Source: Acanthaster planci (lineage: Eukaryota). From it: DNA of 64,000 bases. The first letter of the stretch is position 1; every line of letters begins with the position of its first letter. A program made the translations under genes and the position numbers. The stretch covers positions 310,001 to 374,000 of the forward strand of contig NW_019091361.1 in the NCBI RefSeq assembly GCF_001949145.1, in the 5' to 3' direction. This document shows positions 40,265 through 53,000 of this stretch, piece by piece. The notes under the pieces were generated by a model that worked only from the letters and a program-made list of their open reading frames with translations, made no database searches and was not told the DNA's origin.

Positions 40265-40496
40265 AATTTTAACCCAAGGAAGGCTGAAAACTGCAACTAC
40301 CCAAATATGGGCTTTGTTAACCCAATTTTTGGATGAGAATTACTCTCTATCTCATTTTTCACCATCAAAATGAGTGGATGTTAACCACTGTTTGGTTAAA
40401 AAAAACCAGAAATTATTTTCAATCAACCAAATAAAACAAACTAAACTACTTTGTAGTTGCAGTTTTCACCCATCCTTTTTATCTTGGGTTAAAATT
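40265..40496. mobile_element. MITE-like inverted-repeat element containing a perfect CArG box (CCAAATATGG, 40301-40310)
   Basis: aattttaacccaag..gaaaactgcaactac versus gtagttgcagttttc..cttgggttaaaatt. Confidence 0.65.
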
Positions 40497-41110
40497 ATTC
40501 AGTATTGAGTCAGCAAACGGGCCGCGGGTTTAACGTAAAATCAAGGGAAGTATACGTGTTGTTCGTAAAACTTCCCCGTTGCGAAGACAATACCATTCAG
40601 TGTTGCTTTCTATTATGTCAGAACCCTGGATATTGTGCATGCATAATACTGATAAATTTTGATTCATTCCGACAGTCCTTGATATTGCGGATCCAGGATG
40701 AGAGGGAGAGTCCCTATACATCATTTTCCTGCAGGGGTACAGGTATGCGGTACGGATAGTTGTATTTCTGATTTGTTGAAAATGATTGCGCAGAGGTTGG
40801 TAGGGTATTTGGAGCAACTTTGCCTACAGGGTCCACGATTCACCCCAGTTACCTCGGCGCCTCCTCAGTGAAAAAAGAAAAAGCCATTATAACTGTCTTT
40901 GGGATACTAGGAAGGCCTTAGCTACAATAAGATTACCTGTAGGAGTAGCACGTCAATCTACCGATGCGAGTCGCTCTCAACACTGAGCATGTGCAGTAAT
41001 GATGACAACGACGTCAAACCTCTTTTTATACTATTGTGTTCATTTTCTGAGTTTTTCATTTGTACTTTAACCCAGGCCTCCCTCTGATATTTGTTCACAC
41101 ATGCACTATG

Positions 41111-41332
41111 GAGTACCGAAGTGTGACGTCATTTTTAACCAGAAAGTACAGTGCAAACGAATTGAGTACGCACGCGTGTTGGTTCTCGCGCTAATGCCTT
41201 TTACACACTAATTGTACGCGTGACGTATTCACGAAATTAGCACGAGAACCAGCGCGTGAACCAACACGCGCGCGTACTCCATTCATTTGCACTGCACTTT
41301 CTGGTTCACAGTGTCGTCACACTTCGGTACTC
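41111..41332. mobile_element. MITE with ~80-bp TIRs; left TIR holds a perfect CRE (TGACGTCA, 41124-41131)
   Basis: gagtaccgaagtgtgacg..aaccagaaagtacagtgcaaa..gagtacgcacgcgtgttggttc versus gaaccaacacgcgcgcgtactc..tttgcactgcactttctggtt..cgtcacacttcggtactc; TA-rich flanks. A partial copy lies at ~44505-44592. Confidence 0.85.
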
Positions 41333-42810
41333 TATATAAGGTAGGATGCGATCCAGTGAGTCACGAGGCAAGTGTACTTGCAAACAAAGCGTGACATCAT
41401 ATTATTTTGGGTCTATTAAGAGAGGATAAGGCATTTTTAAAAAGTCGCTTCGTGTCAGTATAGACTAATCTATTTAAAAAAACCTCATTATACTTTGACT
41501 TTTTGAAGAAACAAAGCCATGCTCAATCAAGCAGTTGGTTAATAACCGACCTAAATGACCATGGCAAGATTCGAACCAGACACGGAGGAGGACGATGAGG
41601 ACAGACCCTCGACGCGAACTTGAATATCCTGCCATTCATGACGATCGGGACTGAAGTCAAGATTCCAAGAGGATATTAAGGAGGAAACTATACGGCCAGG
41701 CGCCAAAACACAACCGTTAAGCAAACATTCTGTTCACCTACGAAGGCTTTGAGACAATACAGGCATGAAATACACAGATCCAAAGTATCGTGAAGAATAT
41801 GGTTCAGTACCAAGAAACAAGCATTTATTTAAATAAATACAGTTCTGTAATACAAAATCAATACCGAATATTCTCAAATTGAACTGGCCACAAAATGACG
41901 ACAAACTTTAACACTTAGAATCTCGTGATAAGAAGAATAAATACACGATCTTTGTACCAAAAAGCAAGCATTAACCTTTAACATTAGAGTCATCTGGGAG
42001 TAAAACAAATTCACTTGTTGCGAATCAAGAAATACTTCATTGACTCTCCAGACTGTCCAAAAATGTTTATAAAAGGCTGCCAACATAACTTCTGAAATGT
42101 GGGAACTATAGGTCTTATATTAAGCCAATAGGGCTTCCGATAAACTCAAGTTCAACCAAACTTGCACAACAAATGCCTATTACGTAATAGTTAATACGAA
42201 CTTTGTTATTATGAAAATTTGTCTCGAAAACAAGCAACTGAGTCCTAAACGAAATAACACCTGAATGATTGATTACAAAGTAACTATGATTATAGTAACA
42301 TCCAAACACTCACGTGCTTTCCTATCAAATGTCAAAATCTTGTCAAACCTCTGCATGTTATCACATGACCGACTTAAAGGTTTTGGACTAAATTGATTGA
42401 AAGCACCTCTGGTATTGTTTGTAACTTAATCAGGCTGGTTGCTACATACAATGTCATCCCTGCAATATGTTCATCACCTTTCTGTGTAATCTACTTGACA
42501 GGAGGCTGCACATTTCGAAGAAATCGCAATGAAATACCTGGATTGTCTAAGTTATCTTATCTTCACTTCAGCATTTGTTTATTTATGAAATAAAAACCTG
42601 GATAAAACATCAAGGCGATGAAGAAATAAATAAATACAGTCAGTATAGATACAAAATATATTTGTGTTAGATAATTCTGTGAACATAACGTGTTTGTGTT
42701 ATAGTTGTTTAAACATTGAGCATGTACTGAGATTGGCTATTAGCATTCACGGGAAACACTTTTGATCGCAAAATAAACTTTTAACGCTCGACATCAATTT
42801 TTGAGGATAA

Positions 42811-43048
42811 CTTATGGGTAATTCTAAAAACTAGGGGGTCCATGTTTTCGTGTCCCTGTCCCATCTGACGTCTGATATTGTAAGTTCAGAACACATTTTC
42901 TAATAAAATGCAAATTACCTGCCAAAAAACAGTAATAGTTGGAAATCAATTCCAGTAATATTTCCATGTCAAATAACAAAGGTCAGATGTAACAGGGACA
43001 CAAAAATGTCACACTTTTGGACCCCTAATTTCTGGAACCCCCTTAAGG
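42811..43048. mobile_element. MITE-like inverted-repeat element downstream of the gene B stop codon (possibly in its 3' UTR)
   Basis: ggggtcca..ttttcgtgtccctgtcccatctgac versus gtcagatgtaacagggacacaaaaa..tggacccc. Confidence 0.6.
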
Positions 43049-43645
43049 GAAAAGTACCTTCTACTGACAAAACACCCAAGACTCGGGCTGTAACTTGTTT
43101 AACAAGTTGATGTATCTAAATTCGGTGTAAAAGCTGACATCGACGTATGGGATAGTCTGTGTCTGTATAAGTACGTCGACATATTACTGGCATAATTACG
43201 ACAGGTAAGAGAGCGAATGGGTCAAAGTTACGTGTCAGTGGAGGCTGAATCTGTGAGAAGTCAAAAAGCTTTCGGTCTTGAAAACCAGCCCTAGAAGCCA
43301 AATTTACAGTGACCTCACAAAAAATAATACAGTGTTTCATAAAGTTTATGTGTACAGCGAACAAACCTGTTTAACCCCCATTATGTACGAACAATCATCT
43401 TTCCTATAAATATCCACACAAAAATATTAGGATACATCCATCCATAATGATTTTTTTATTAGTTTGTTTGTTTATGTGTTTGTTTGGTATTTGTTTACTT
43501 CATTTATTATTTTAGCCGACGGCAACTAGGCCTACTCAGATAGTAGTCGCTTCTATTGGTAATACGGATTCGAAAATATCCGTTTCAGTGTGCTTTGTAA
43601 TATAAAATGTTAGGAACGCCGCTTGTCGCGAGCAAACAGGTGATG

Positions 43646-45752
43646 TCATCTGACAGAATACTTGAAACTGTGAACTGTGTGTGCAACATTCGGATCCCTG
43701 CCAGTTTTCATTATACAAGTTGGTCGGTGGGAATTTATCAACTTAATCAGGGTCTCCTTTTCGTGCTGGAGCTTTTCGATTTCCTCTCGAAGTCTAGCGT
43801 TGGTCGTCTGCAATTTCTCAGACTCCTGAGAAGATAGAATAAAAGAATTCCATGTTTAAAATTCATTTCTAGAAGTATGATGAGATTTTTAATTTAAACA
43901 GGAAACTCATACACAAATTTTAATATTTTTGTTTAGTCTGGAAATACACATATATTAAGAATCTTCAGGTCGCGAACGAAACAAGCTAATATGTTGGATT
44001 CGAGGTAAGCGCAATGGTTGCATTTTATGCAATGTTCCATCTTTTTCCACTGGCGTATCCATGATGTCTTGGGTCGGGGGAGGGCCAAATAGGATGTTTT
44101 CAACACCAGACAATCTATTGTTATCCATCAAAGGTTTCCCCCTTCCACAGACAGGTGGAAGTACAGTGGTTGCAGAATTCTGGCACTTCCAATATTCCTT
44201 TAAAAACGAGTCAGGCTCGCCCTTCTCTTTATGGATACGCCATTGTATCTTATTTCCCAACGCAAATTTGACCGATATTGAAATGTGCGTATAAGCATGC
44301 CAATTTCAACAAAATTATTTTCCGTCTGAGGGAAACAGAATTGTTTTCTTAAATGCCCTCTGGTTTTGAAGATATAGATTGTAAAAACCAAATAGGCTGA
44401 CTTACAAAAATCTTGTAAACAAATTATTTTCTCCTCCGGAAAACGCACCCATCGAAAAACGGTACCGGTACTAAAGTGAATACGAGTAGGCTACGTGTGT
44501 GCGTGAACCAGCCCGTGAACCAACGTACTCCATATTTTGTTTGCAATGCAATTCCTGATTCTTTAGAAATGACGTCACACTTCAGTACTCTACAGCATTT
44601 ACAGATCCAAATTTAGGGCTGCAAGTTTATAGGCATCTATTGAATCAATTGAAGGTGTTAACTGGCGTCATCGGTGCAAGAAACATACACCCTCATATCA
44701 AAAAGAGAGCAAAAACCTTTCAAGGGAATCAAATTATTTGACATGAAAACGCCAGACGATAATTACCAGAGATAGCTCCATTGTTTCTTGTTTTCTTTTC
44801 TGCCGGCACTTGGCCGCTGCGATCCTGTTCCTGTCTCGTCGTACTTGACGTTTTTCCTCTTCTTCCTTCGTGAGCTTAAACAGGAGAAATCAACGAAATT
44901 ATGGTTTCACGTTCAGCCTACCCCGTAAGGGCACACAAAAGCTTGAGCTGAAGTCGTTCCGATGGGATTCGAATTAACCCAAGACTGTCGGTTGATGAAG
45001 TCATTCTGAGGAATTAAACCCATGGCATTCTGCTTATTACAAGGATCACAGTGCAGAGTTCTCATTTGTGCTCAAACACCGACCTGTCGCTTTTATGAGT
45101 TTCTTTTATTCCATGCAGTTCTCAGAGAAGAACTCTCTGGGTCTTTTCGTAAAACTGTACCGGACAGTTAAATTTCCCCAAAGAAACAAGCATGAGAGCG
45201 AGGCGGAAAAAGAGAGAAAAAAACCCAAACAAACAAACAAAAACGAAAAACAGAAAGAACGCGGATGTGATACGGAACAATGATAAGCTGACAAACAAAT
45301 AAAATTTTAAGTACTGAAGTAATCCAGTAATAGCAAAAATACAAATGAAGAAATGACAGATACCATTAAAAGCATACAACCAGACACGCATGTCTTGAAC
45401 TTGATAAGAAACAGACAATTTAAACAAAATACCCTAGTAAAGTAGTCCTTGCAGTTTCAATTTTCAAGTATTGCCAAATGCTTCAGCGTACCTTGTACTG
45501 AGGTTTGGGCGGATCGTCGTACGACAAGTCGTCAGATTTACCACTGTTGATCCGTCTGTTACGAATCGTAGTCCGCAGTTCTTCCTTGATGAGTGGGGAC
45601 AGGTCAAAATCCGGCTCAAAGATACTGCAATCCCCGCTCCCAGATTCACTTGAGGATGTCGGAGAACCAACCACGCCCATTCTTGTTGCCATGGGTGGGG
45701 TTGTGTCTCTTTGTATTGTGGATTCGCCACCAGATGTATCGCCGATGAGCAT
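43646..45752 (-). CDS. ATF3: ATF3/JDP2-like bZIP factor (cluster gene B), 182 aa; coding exons 45752-45492, 44874-44767, 43825-43646; leader exon ~46655-46504, exon 2 acceptor at 45786
   Basis: MLIGDTSGG...DFDLSPLIKEELRTTIRNRR...PQYK|LTKEEEEKRQVRRDRNRIAAAKCRQKRKQETMELSL|ESEKLQTTNARLREEIEKLQHEKETLIKLINSHRPTCIMK...*. Matches vertebrate ATF3 motifs LTPFVKEELRFAI, N.IAAAKCR and ESEKLE..N..L...IEELK.EK..LI..LN.HRPTCI. Confidence 0.93.
44048..44245. mobile_element. hAT-like MITE in the last intron of gene B
   Basis: cactggcgtatccat ... atggatacgccattg (14/15 complementary). Confidence 0.55.
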
Positions 45753-46639
45753 CACGTGTACGTCTTCTTGTTAACGCCAAAGTTTTCTGTTTCACGAAAA
45801 GGATTTATTTCAAACACTACTTAATATTTTGTCAAACTTTACAGCCGAGTATATCGGACTGCACTGCGATAATTTTCTGCTATACTTTTTTAATTATTAA
45901 TTTTTCTTTAGTTTTTAAAGGATTCCCTGACGTAGTCATAAAGAAAAAAAATGAGATTGATTTCTCATTGTCCTAATCTTCAAAGAAAACCAAATGAAAA
46001 AAAGACAAGAACACCAAAATAAACGAACAAAAACGACATAGGCACTGATGTACTACAACGCCAGCCGATTTGAGACGCGTAGTATTTTTGTACCTATACA
46101 TAACAGTAATTTGCATTTTTAAAAAAGTTTTGATACAGTTGGAGAAAAAGAAAATGTGCCATCCTTAGCGACAACAAATTCCCTCCCAAGCAATGTGATT
46201 CAGTATAAATGGTAAGTAAATTAGACGAATAAAAAATGAGTTAGCGATCAGGTGAGACTGACGAGTCTAACCCCTTGACCTACGGTATCTCACCTATCAT
46301 ATGTTTAATGTCACTCGTGCATTATGACAACATTATACTCTCGGGTTTGGCAATAGCCTAACCACATCCCGGCTGCACGGGGACTGCGCTTTCACATTGA
46401 AAAGAATTGTTCAAGACAATATAAAAACTGAATAAGCCTGCCCGTCGCCATTACAAACAAATCAATCTCACAAACTGTCGGAGCCATGATCACATGCACT
46501 TACCCGGTAACGCATCGAAGAGTTACAGTTGGGTGGTAGAGTCATAATGCGATTACGAGTATTCATTGAAATAAAAATAGTACGAACACGTACTACACTA
46601 CGAATACATCTACGTACTGAACAACCACCAACAGTGAAC

Positions 46640-46740
46640 GTGACTGATGACTGCAAACGTACTGTCGGACACCGGCCGTCTTTATAGTGGAAGCGCGTGA
46701 TGCAGCAATATCGCTTGCCTGTTACATCATTGTAAATAGG
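46640..46740 (-). promoter_or_regulatory. Core promoter of ATF3-like gene B
   Basis: TATAAAG at 46686-46680, Inr-like CAGT ~30-40 nt downstream, C/EBP-ATF-like TGATGTAA at 46729-46722, and a strong CGG|GTAAGT donor at 46504/46503. Confidence 0.7.
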
Positions 46741-49259
46741 AAAAATTTAATTTAAACATGTAGTTCGTGTTTTAAGCGTTTACAAACACAAATGTAACTA
46801 AATGTTAAATTTTTACCTTGACTATATAATCATTGTTAGTCAATGAGTGAAATTTGACACTATTTGTTAAAAACGTCTTTTTCCTAGTTTTTAAAACGCC
46901 GTCTTTTCTATGCTTTATTTGCGCTAACAAGGCATGAAGTTACATCAGCCCAAATGTTTTCTGGAAATTTCCATTGCTATGTCACCGGCACTGCGTGGCC
47001 GACGTGTCAATGAAATCAAAGTTCTCTGTAACATAGGCCTGAGGTCATCACTAAGCTTCCTTTATACATGTGTATTTGGAAGGATTGTGATGCTGAAAAA
47101 GTCAAGTTACATTTGTTTAATCAAGATTTCAAATTGCCATGAAAGTTTCATGGAATTTTTTCTTAATTTGGAAATGACGGTGGAGCGTCAAACCACTTAC
47201 GGTAAAAAGCTCCAGTAACTCAAGCTACCTAGTTAGCTTCAAATTAATCTAGAGTCCAACCCCAACATGTGGAAAATTACAATTAACTTTGTTGTTCGAA
47301 TTAATCTGGCGAGCAAAGTAAATTTATTAGGCTGATCTATGCACGTATGATGCTGAACATTGACAATTTGGATTTCCTAAATTTATCAAAAGATACCCCA
47401 AATCGGACTTGATGTTTGAGATTGTAGGTCAATTGGTCTAAACGTAAGTGAAACCTTGACTTAGGAGCGGATCCATGAATTTTCCGGAGGGGAGAGTCAG
47501 GCCAGAGAATTTTTTTATGTCTTATTTTTGCGGACAAGTGGAAACGATGATGAAACCACATGACATACTTTGTTCACAGTGGTGTTGGTGTACTTATTCT
47601 AGTTATTTTTACTACTTTTCCATTTTTGTCTTTTTACTTCTTGGGTGTCACAAAGCAGGGACAGTTAGCAACCCTCCCCATCCCACTCCTGTTGATGTCG
47701 CGTGGTTTGTAACCTTTCGCCCACTTCTTTCAGCAGCAGAGCATAATTATCTGTAGAAAGATTTAGCAGTCGATGTCAATTTTTAAAGATAGCAAAAGAG
47801 CAAAGACACCAATACATAAAATAACAAACGGGGCATAAAACGGCCGATCAAACAAAACGAAACCAACAGATCTACGGCTATTCCAATCCATCAGACATCA
47901 CATTACCACCTATCTACCATTGAAAATGTATATCGGAATAAACGGAGATTGTTAACTTATAAGCAGTGATATATGACTCTCCTACAATATTATGGAATAT
48001 TGTTACAAAAACATTCGTGATACTGTATAGGACAAAAATATCCATTTCAAAGACAGGGGTGGGAAACGTATCAAATTATTTTAACAGAGAACAATTTCAC
48101 CACCGAAAGATCCTTCACTTTGATAAAAAAAAACACAATGAAGATTTTGCCAATAGCGTTTGAGCAAAAATTTTATTCAAAGTTGATGTCACGTACGACA
48201 ATCAAAAATAAAATTTAACGACTAATTTTGCCAGTGCTGCAACGATCCTCGGAATTCTGCGCTCGGGTCAAGTCGAGTCGAGTCGTTATTGCGTCCAAAG
48301 GCCGAGTGGAGTGTAATTGAACTGAATTCATTCGAATTCATTCAGTCACAGTTAAGCGAATACCGATTTCCTCAGTTAACAGGTGAGACACGGTCTTATT
48401 TTTAGTTTTGCATCGGCTCTTGAAGTATTTCTCCGCTTACATCACAAAACACCGTCCCACCAAACACACAAAACTTTTCAGATTGGTTCCGGGATGGTAA
48501 GTTGCTTGCGGTATTAGTATTAAACAACAAGGGGGATGCGGCGAGTCCGTGACAAAGGGCATAGTCCTCCCCCCCCCCCGCGGGATAACCAAGCCTGTCG
48601 CCAGGGGCACCCCCTGGCGAGCAGCTACCCCTCCCTCATCGCTAAAAATACTTTTCTTCTTGTGAAGTGCCCCTTAACTCAGTGGTACTATAAAGTCCCA
48701 TGAAGCTGGGGATGACGCAAAGCACGCCGACAAAACTTTGTACCGCAAGTAGTTTGGGGACTCAAAATATTTGACAGCCTTCAACTTAAGTGAAGTCATT
48801 TCTTTCTGCCCTTAGTGACTCGAATTGAGTTGAGTCAATTACCCGGCCGTTAGGACGAGCCACCAAAAACTGTAACTTAAGTCGGACTCGAGGCGAGCTT
48901 TTCATCTCTGAATAGCGGCAATGTATTAACATATAAAGTAATACATCAAAATGTTTACTTACCTCCTGGAAAATATTTGCTGTTTTCAAACGTTCTCAGC
49001 TTTAGCTCACTATGTGCTGGTCCAAGTCCTTAAAGTTCCAACATACATCACACAATAGTCGCTTAGTCAACCTGTGTTTGTAAACAAACTGCCACAGCGC
49101 CTTGCTCCAACTTTCTCTCTTTAAATTTATACACAGGAAGTTTTTCCACTTCTGAATCCACTGAGGGTGAATGCTTGCTACGCCTTGTTTATTGCAAATC
49201 CATGTACGCAGTAGATGCAAGATAATCGGTTATTGTTTTGAGCAGTACCATGAAACCAA

Positions 49260-50090
49260 CTGACCAATCAGAAAAGAACGCATAATATGGGAAATCCCAA
49301 ACCTGTTCAAATCACAAACATGTCCAGGCCAGTCTATATCTCCCTGACCAAAAACCCCATCATCCTGTGCCCCTGTACATCCCGCATTTCGCCATGCGCG
49401 CGCAATAGCAACGTCTCGTAACCCGCGCGACTGAGTTAAATATAGGCAATGACGTCATCGTAATGCTTGGGCGTCAATTTTGCAAACGTGGCAAATAATT
49501 GAAGTCTTGTTTTTCTTTGCTGGTGTGATTGATCAGAATTCATGATAATGAATCATCTGCTGCAGTTCATACAGAACAACTGGGGTCCACAGAAATACTA
49601 ACTTTAACCCCAGACAGTACGTTGCTTTCGGTAACATCAAGCAACACATTAAAATTAATTGGATCATGAGGGAAACATTTTACTGAGTTTGTTTTAATTT
49701 CTTTCAGTTACAGCTGCAGCAGAATAGGCGCAACTGTTTCCCTACGGATACAGATTTGTTCTGAAAAATAATCCAAAGTTCCTCGTGGAGGGCGCTGTCA
49801 CAGATAATGGACAGACACTGCCAGACAAGAAATCGAGACATGCAATAGCATTGCATGTAATGGCTCATGAACATGGAGGACGCAAATGAGTCTGTCGTGA
49901 TGCAGTCTTCCTTTGTCTCGTGTATTATGTCTTCGTGATGACACATCTGGGAAGCCGTGAAATTGAGAAGACAAACAGCATGAATCACGTTCAATTTTGT
50001 TGAGTTACGGCTCTGCTATGGCCTCCCTCGAGCCTACGCGCCTGTGAGTCAACTACGTTTTTATAATCCTAAAAATAGCGTGACATCATA
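49260..50090. promoter_or_regulatory. Dense signal-responsive enhancer/promoter block between Fos and gene B
   Basis: kB-type GGGAAATCCC 49289-49298; MEF2-type TTAAATATAG 49436-49445 next to CRE TGACGTCA 49450-49457; AP-1 TGAGTCA 50045-50051; TATAAAAA (-) 50065-50058; MEF2 CTAAAAATAG 50069-50078; TGACATCA 50081-50088. Confidence 0.65.
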
Positions 50091-53000
50091 ATCCAGAATA
50101 GTCACAATACTGTTAGACTGACAACCTGTCCCTACATTACATCACGCACGCACGTCGACAAAATTCTTTTTATATACACTTCCATATACACTTCCAAAAG
50201 TGGAAGAGGTCACTTAGACATGTCAACATGTGTGGTCAATATTGAAGTGTGATGGACAAAAAGATGGAAAGTTTGGAGAGTAAAGTCCAGTGCCACTGTT
50301 GGTTTGTTGCCCAAACGTGAGTATCAGCGCGGGAAGCTCAACAGTGTAGTAAGCTTCCGCAGACAAAATAGTTCCTTATTATATATCTCACAACAACTTT
50401 TATTGATACTACCAGCCTCGGTTCAGCGAGGAAACGGCACAATCGAGAGTTTTTAGACTGGCTTGCTGGTAGTAGCATTTCTCCAACCTAACACTTCAAA
50501 ATTTCCTCTGTTATTTTTCTGTACTGAATAAGGCAGTTTTCTTCTTATATACAGGCTGTAGTGAATGTAAAGGTGCATATTGGTTTCTGCATCGTCCTAC
50601 TACAGATGAGCCTTATTTTCATTTTCACGTAAAACGAACTCCTCTGACAACACGAGAGGACGTAGCATTAACACCAGAGAGTGACACCCTCCGAATTGCA
50701 TGACAAACTATGCTATACGTCTGTTGTTTTACTGATTAAAAAATACTTATGATATCCAAGGTTAAGTTTGAGGTATTTAACCAAATATTACAATAGACAT
50801 GGGGGTGTTGCCGAACATCTTTCCAAAGTTTGGCCGTTGAGGACGCCATTTATAAACTGCAGAACCTCTTCAGGTCGTCCCAGTGTCTTCAATAAAACGA
50901 GTTCCTGTATATTCACAATTAACAAGCTGTAATTTACACTTTGCTAACACTTAAAAAAAATTGCAACTAAGAAAGTTTGGGCCAGAGATTCGAGAAATCA
51001 ATCTTCAGTTCACAACGTTAGCTTCTTATTTCGAAGAAAAGTCACGTGGAGATAGATGAACCTGGATCTCCTTGTTCACGCACGTTTGTTTTCACCTCCC
51101 TGTGCTTTCGTGAAAACAAGATTGTACAATGTTGCATAGATTTACTTACCTACAGTAGATGGCTTCCGGATTCCGTTGAGTTGATATGACGCAGTTCTTG
51201 TCAGCAAAGGTTAGATAAAATATTAGAATCTTTCAAGAGATTATCGCTTTAAGTTTATTACCTTATGATTTAATTAAGTGTATAAATTATTTTGATCTGT
51301 TTCTATTTCGGCTTTTACCTTCGGCTTTTACACTTCCATAAAATTTCAAACCGTAATATATTCATCTGAGTACGAGACCGTACCGCCGCATTGGTCTGTT
51401 CTTCGTGTATTTTAGATTTTCGGAAGTGATAGGTTACTTTTTGGCAGGGTGTTTATCGTTCAGGTAAGGTAACTTTTCAGTTTCTATAAATTGATTTACT
51501 GGTAAATATTTTCCAAAGCCCTATTTCCGAGTCGGATTTTTCGAGAAATAACTGCACGAAAAAAAGATACAAATTCTAAAATCTTTGCGAGTTAGTTTTC
51601 CTATCCAAGGGTTCTGGAACCTTGGCATATGGGTCAACTTTTTGGCTCTACAAGTGGGATGAATTCTTTTCTTTTTAAAAAGGAACAATCATATCTGTGC
51701 TGTAGAATATTTTTGATGCTAATTTTGCGGAACTTCCCATTGTCTCCAGCTTTGTAAGCCATGTTGCTATTTTTGCGGCTGTTAAAAAATCAAAATCTCA
51801 CGAGCTTTCTCTGTTTCTGTAAAAATCCGACGAGGTGGTTTGTGATCCTGTTCCAAGAACTGTTCTTAGGTCGTGTTCCTCCTGTGCGAGCGTGATGAGA
51901 ACAAGAAACCCGTCAAGAACAGGCGCAGGTGCCCGAACTCACCATTGATCACCGATTAGAGGGCGCACTGCACTACAGCAGTAAATTTCTGTATACATTA
52001 CACTCTTATTGACCACATTATTAGTGAATGTTTGCGGTTGGTTTGATAAATACCTGTTTCTTTCTTTATTTGTCTTCTGTTGGCTCAGCGTCAGTTTATT
52101 TTTTCAATTACTTCACATTTTCGTCTTAAATTAACTATTTACGTTTTTTGTACCTTTTTAAATTAAAGGACAAACATGCCATGATAAGCGGAAGCGTTGG
52201 TTTTTCTAAAACGGAGGATGGGTCTATTTAAAGAGGGGGGACTGGTCTTTCCAGTTTTTATGATTTTTATTTAGCAGAATGATTGCCATTCTTTTTAAAT
52301 GAGTAGAGAGTACCACTGTCAGATTTCCTTTTCTTATTCTTTGCTGATTCATTCTTTCCGATCACGTGTCTTTGGCGATATATTTCAAATCATTGGTTAT
52401 CTTGATCAATTTTGGGTGAAGTAATAAAGTGTAGTGAGAATTTTTTTTTTTAGCAATGAGGAGGAAAAATATACCCACAGTGCTCTGCGCGTCGTTATCT
52501 GTGACCCCATAATTCTCTTAAATCTGTGCAAGGCCGTCAGCCCTTCCCATAACCCAGCTGCTCGGGCGCTCGGCGACGAGGGAACTGCACTTAACCCTTG
52601 ACGTTAGTTCGTGGTAGCGTCCTCTTGCGGCGGTTCAGGTTAGCGAATCATCAGGCGTAGGGACAAAATCATTTCAAAAATCTTGACCCTGTATCTTTTG
52701 AAAAATCCAAGATTTCGAGGTGCCGTGTGATACTGTGATGCGAAACACTTTTAGAAACTATTTGGAAAGGAGGGGGACACTGTACGCTGCGGTGGCTTCA
52801 AACCAAAGCTTGGCTTCTGGAAATCTCTCGAGACATCGATGTATATGGGAGCCACGATCATGCATAGTAGATTTCTCCCATAACGTTTGAGAACGAAGTG
52901 GAATACCTTACACCTCCCTTCACACTAGCAAGGGAAGCAGGGGGAGGGGCACGGGGACAGTGAGCCCCCCCCCCCAATTTTCGATCAGGAGTACGACCCT

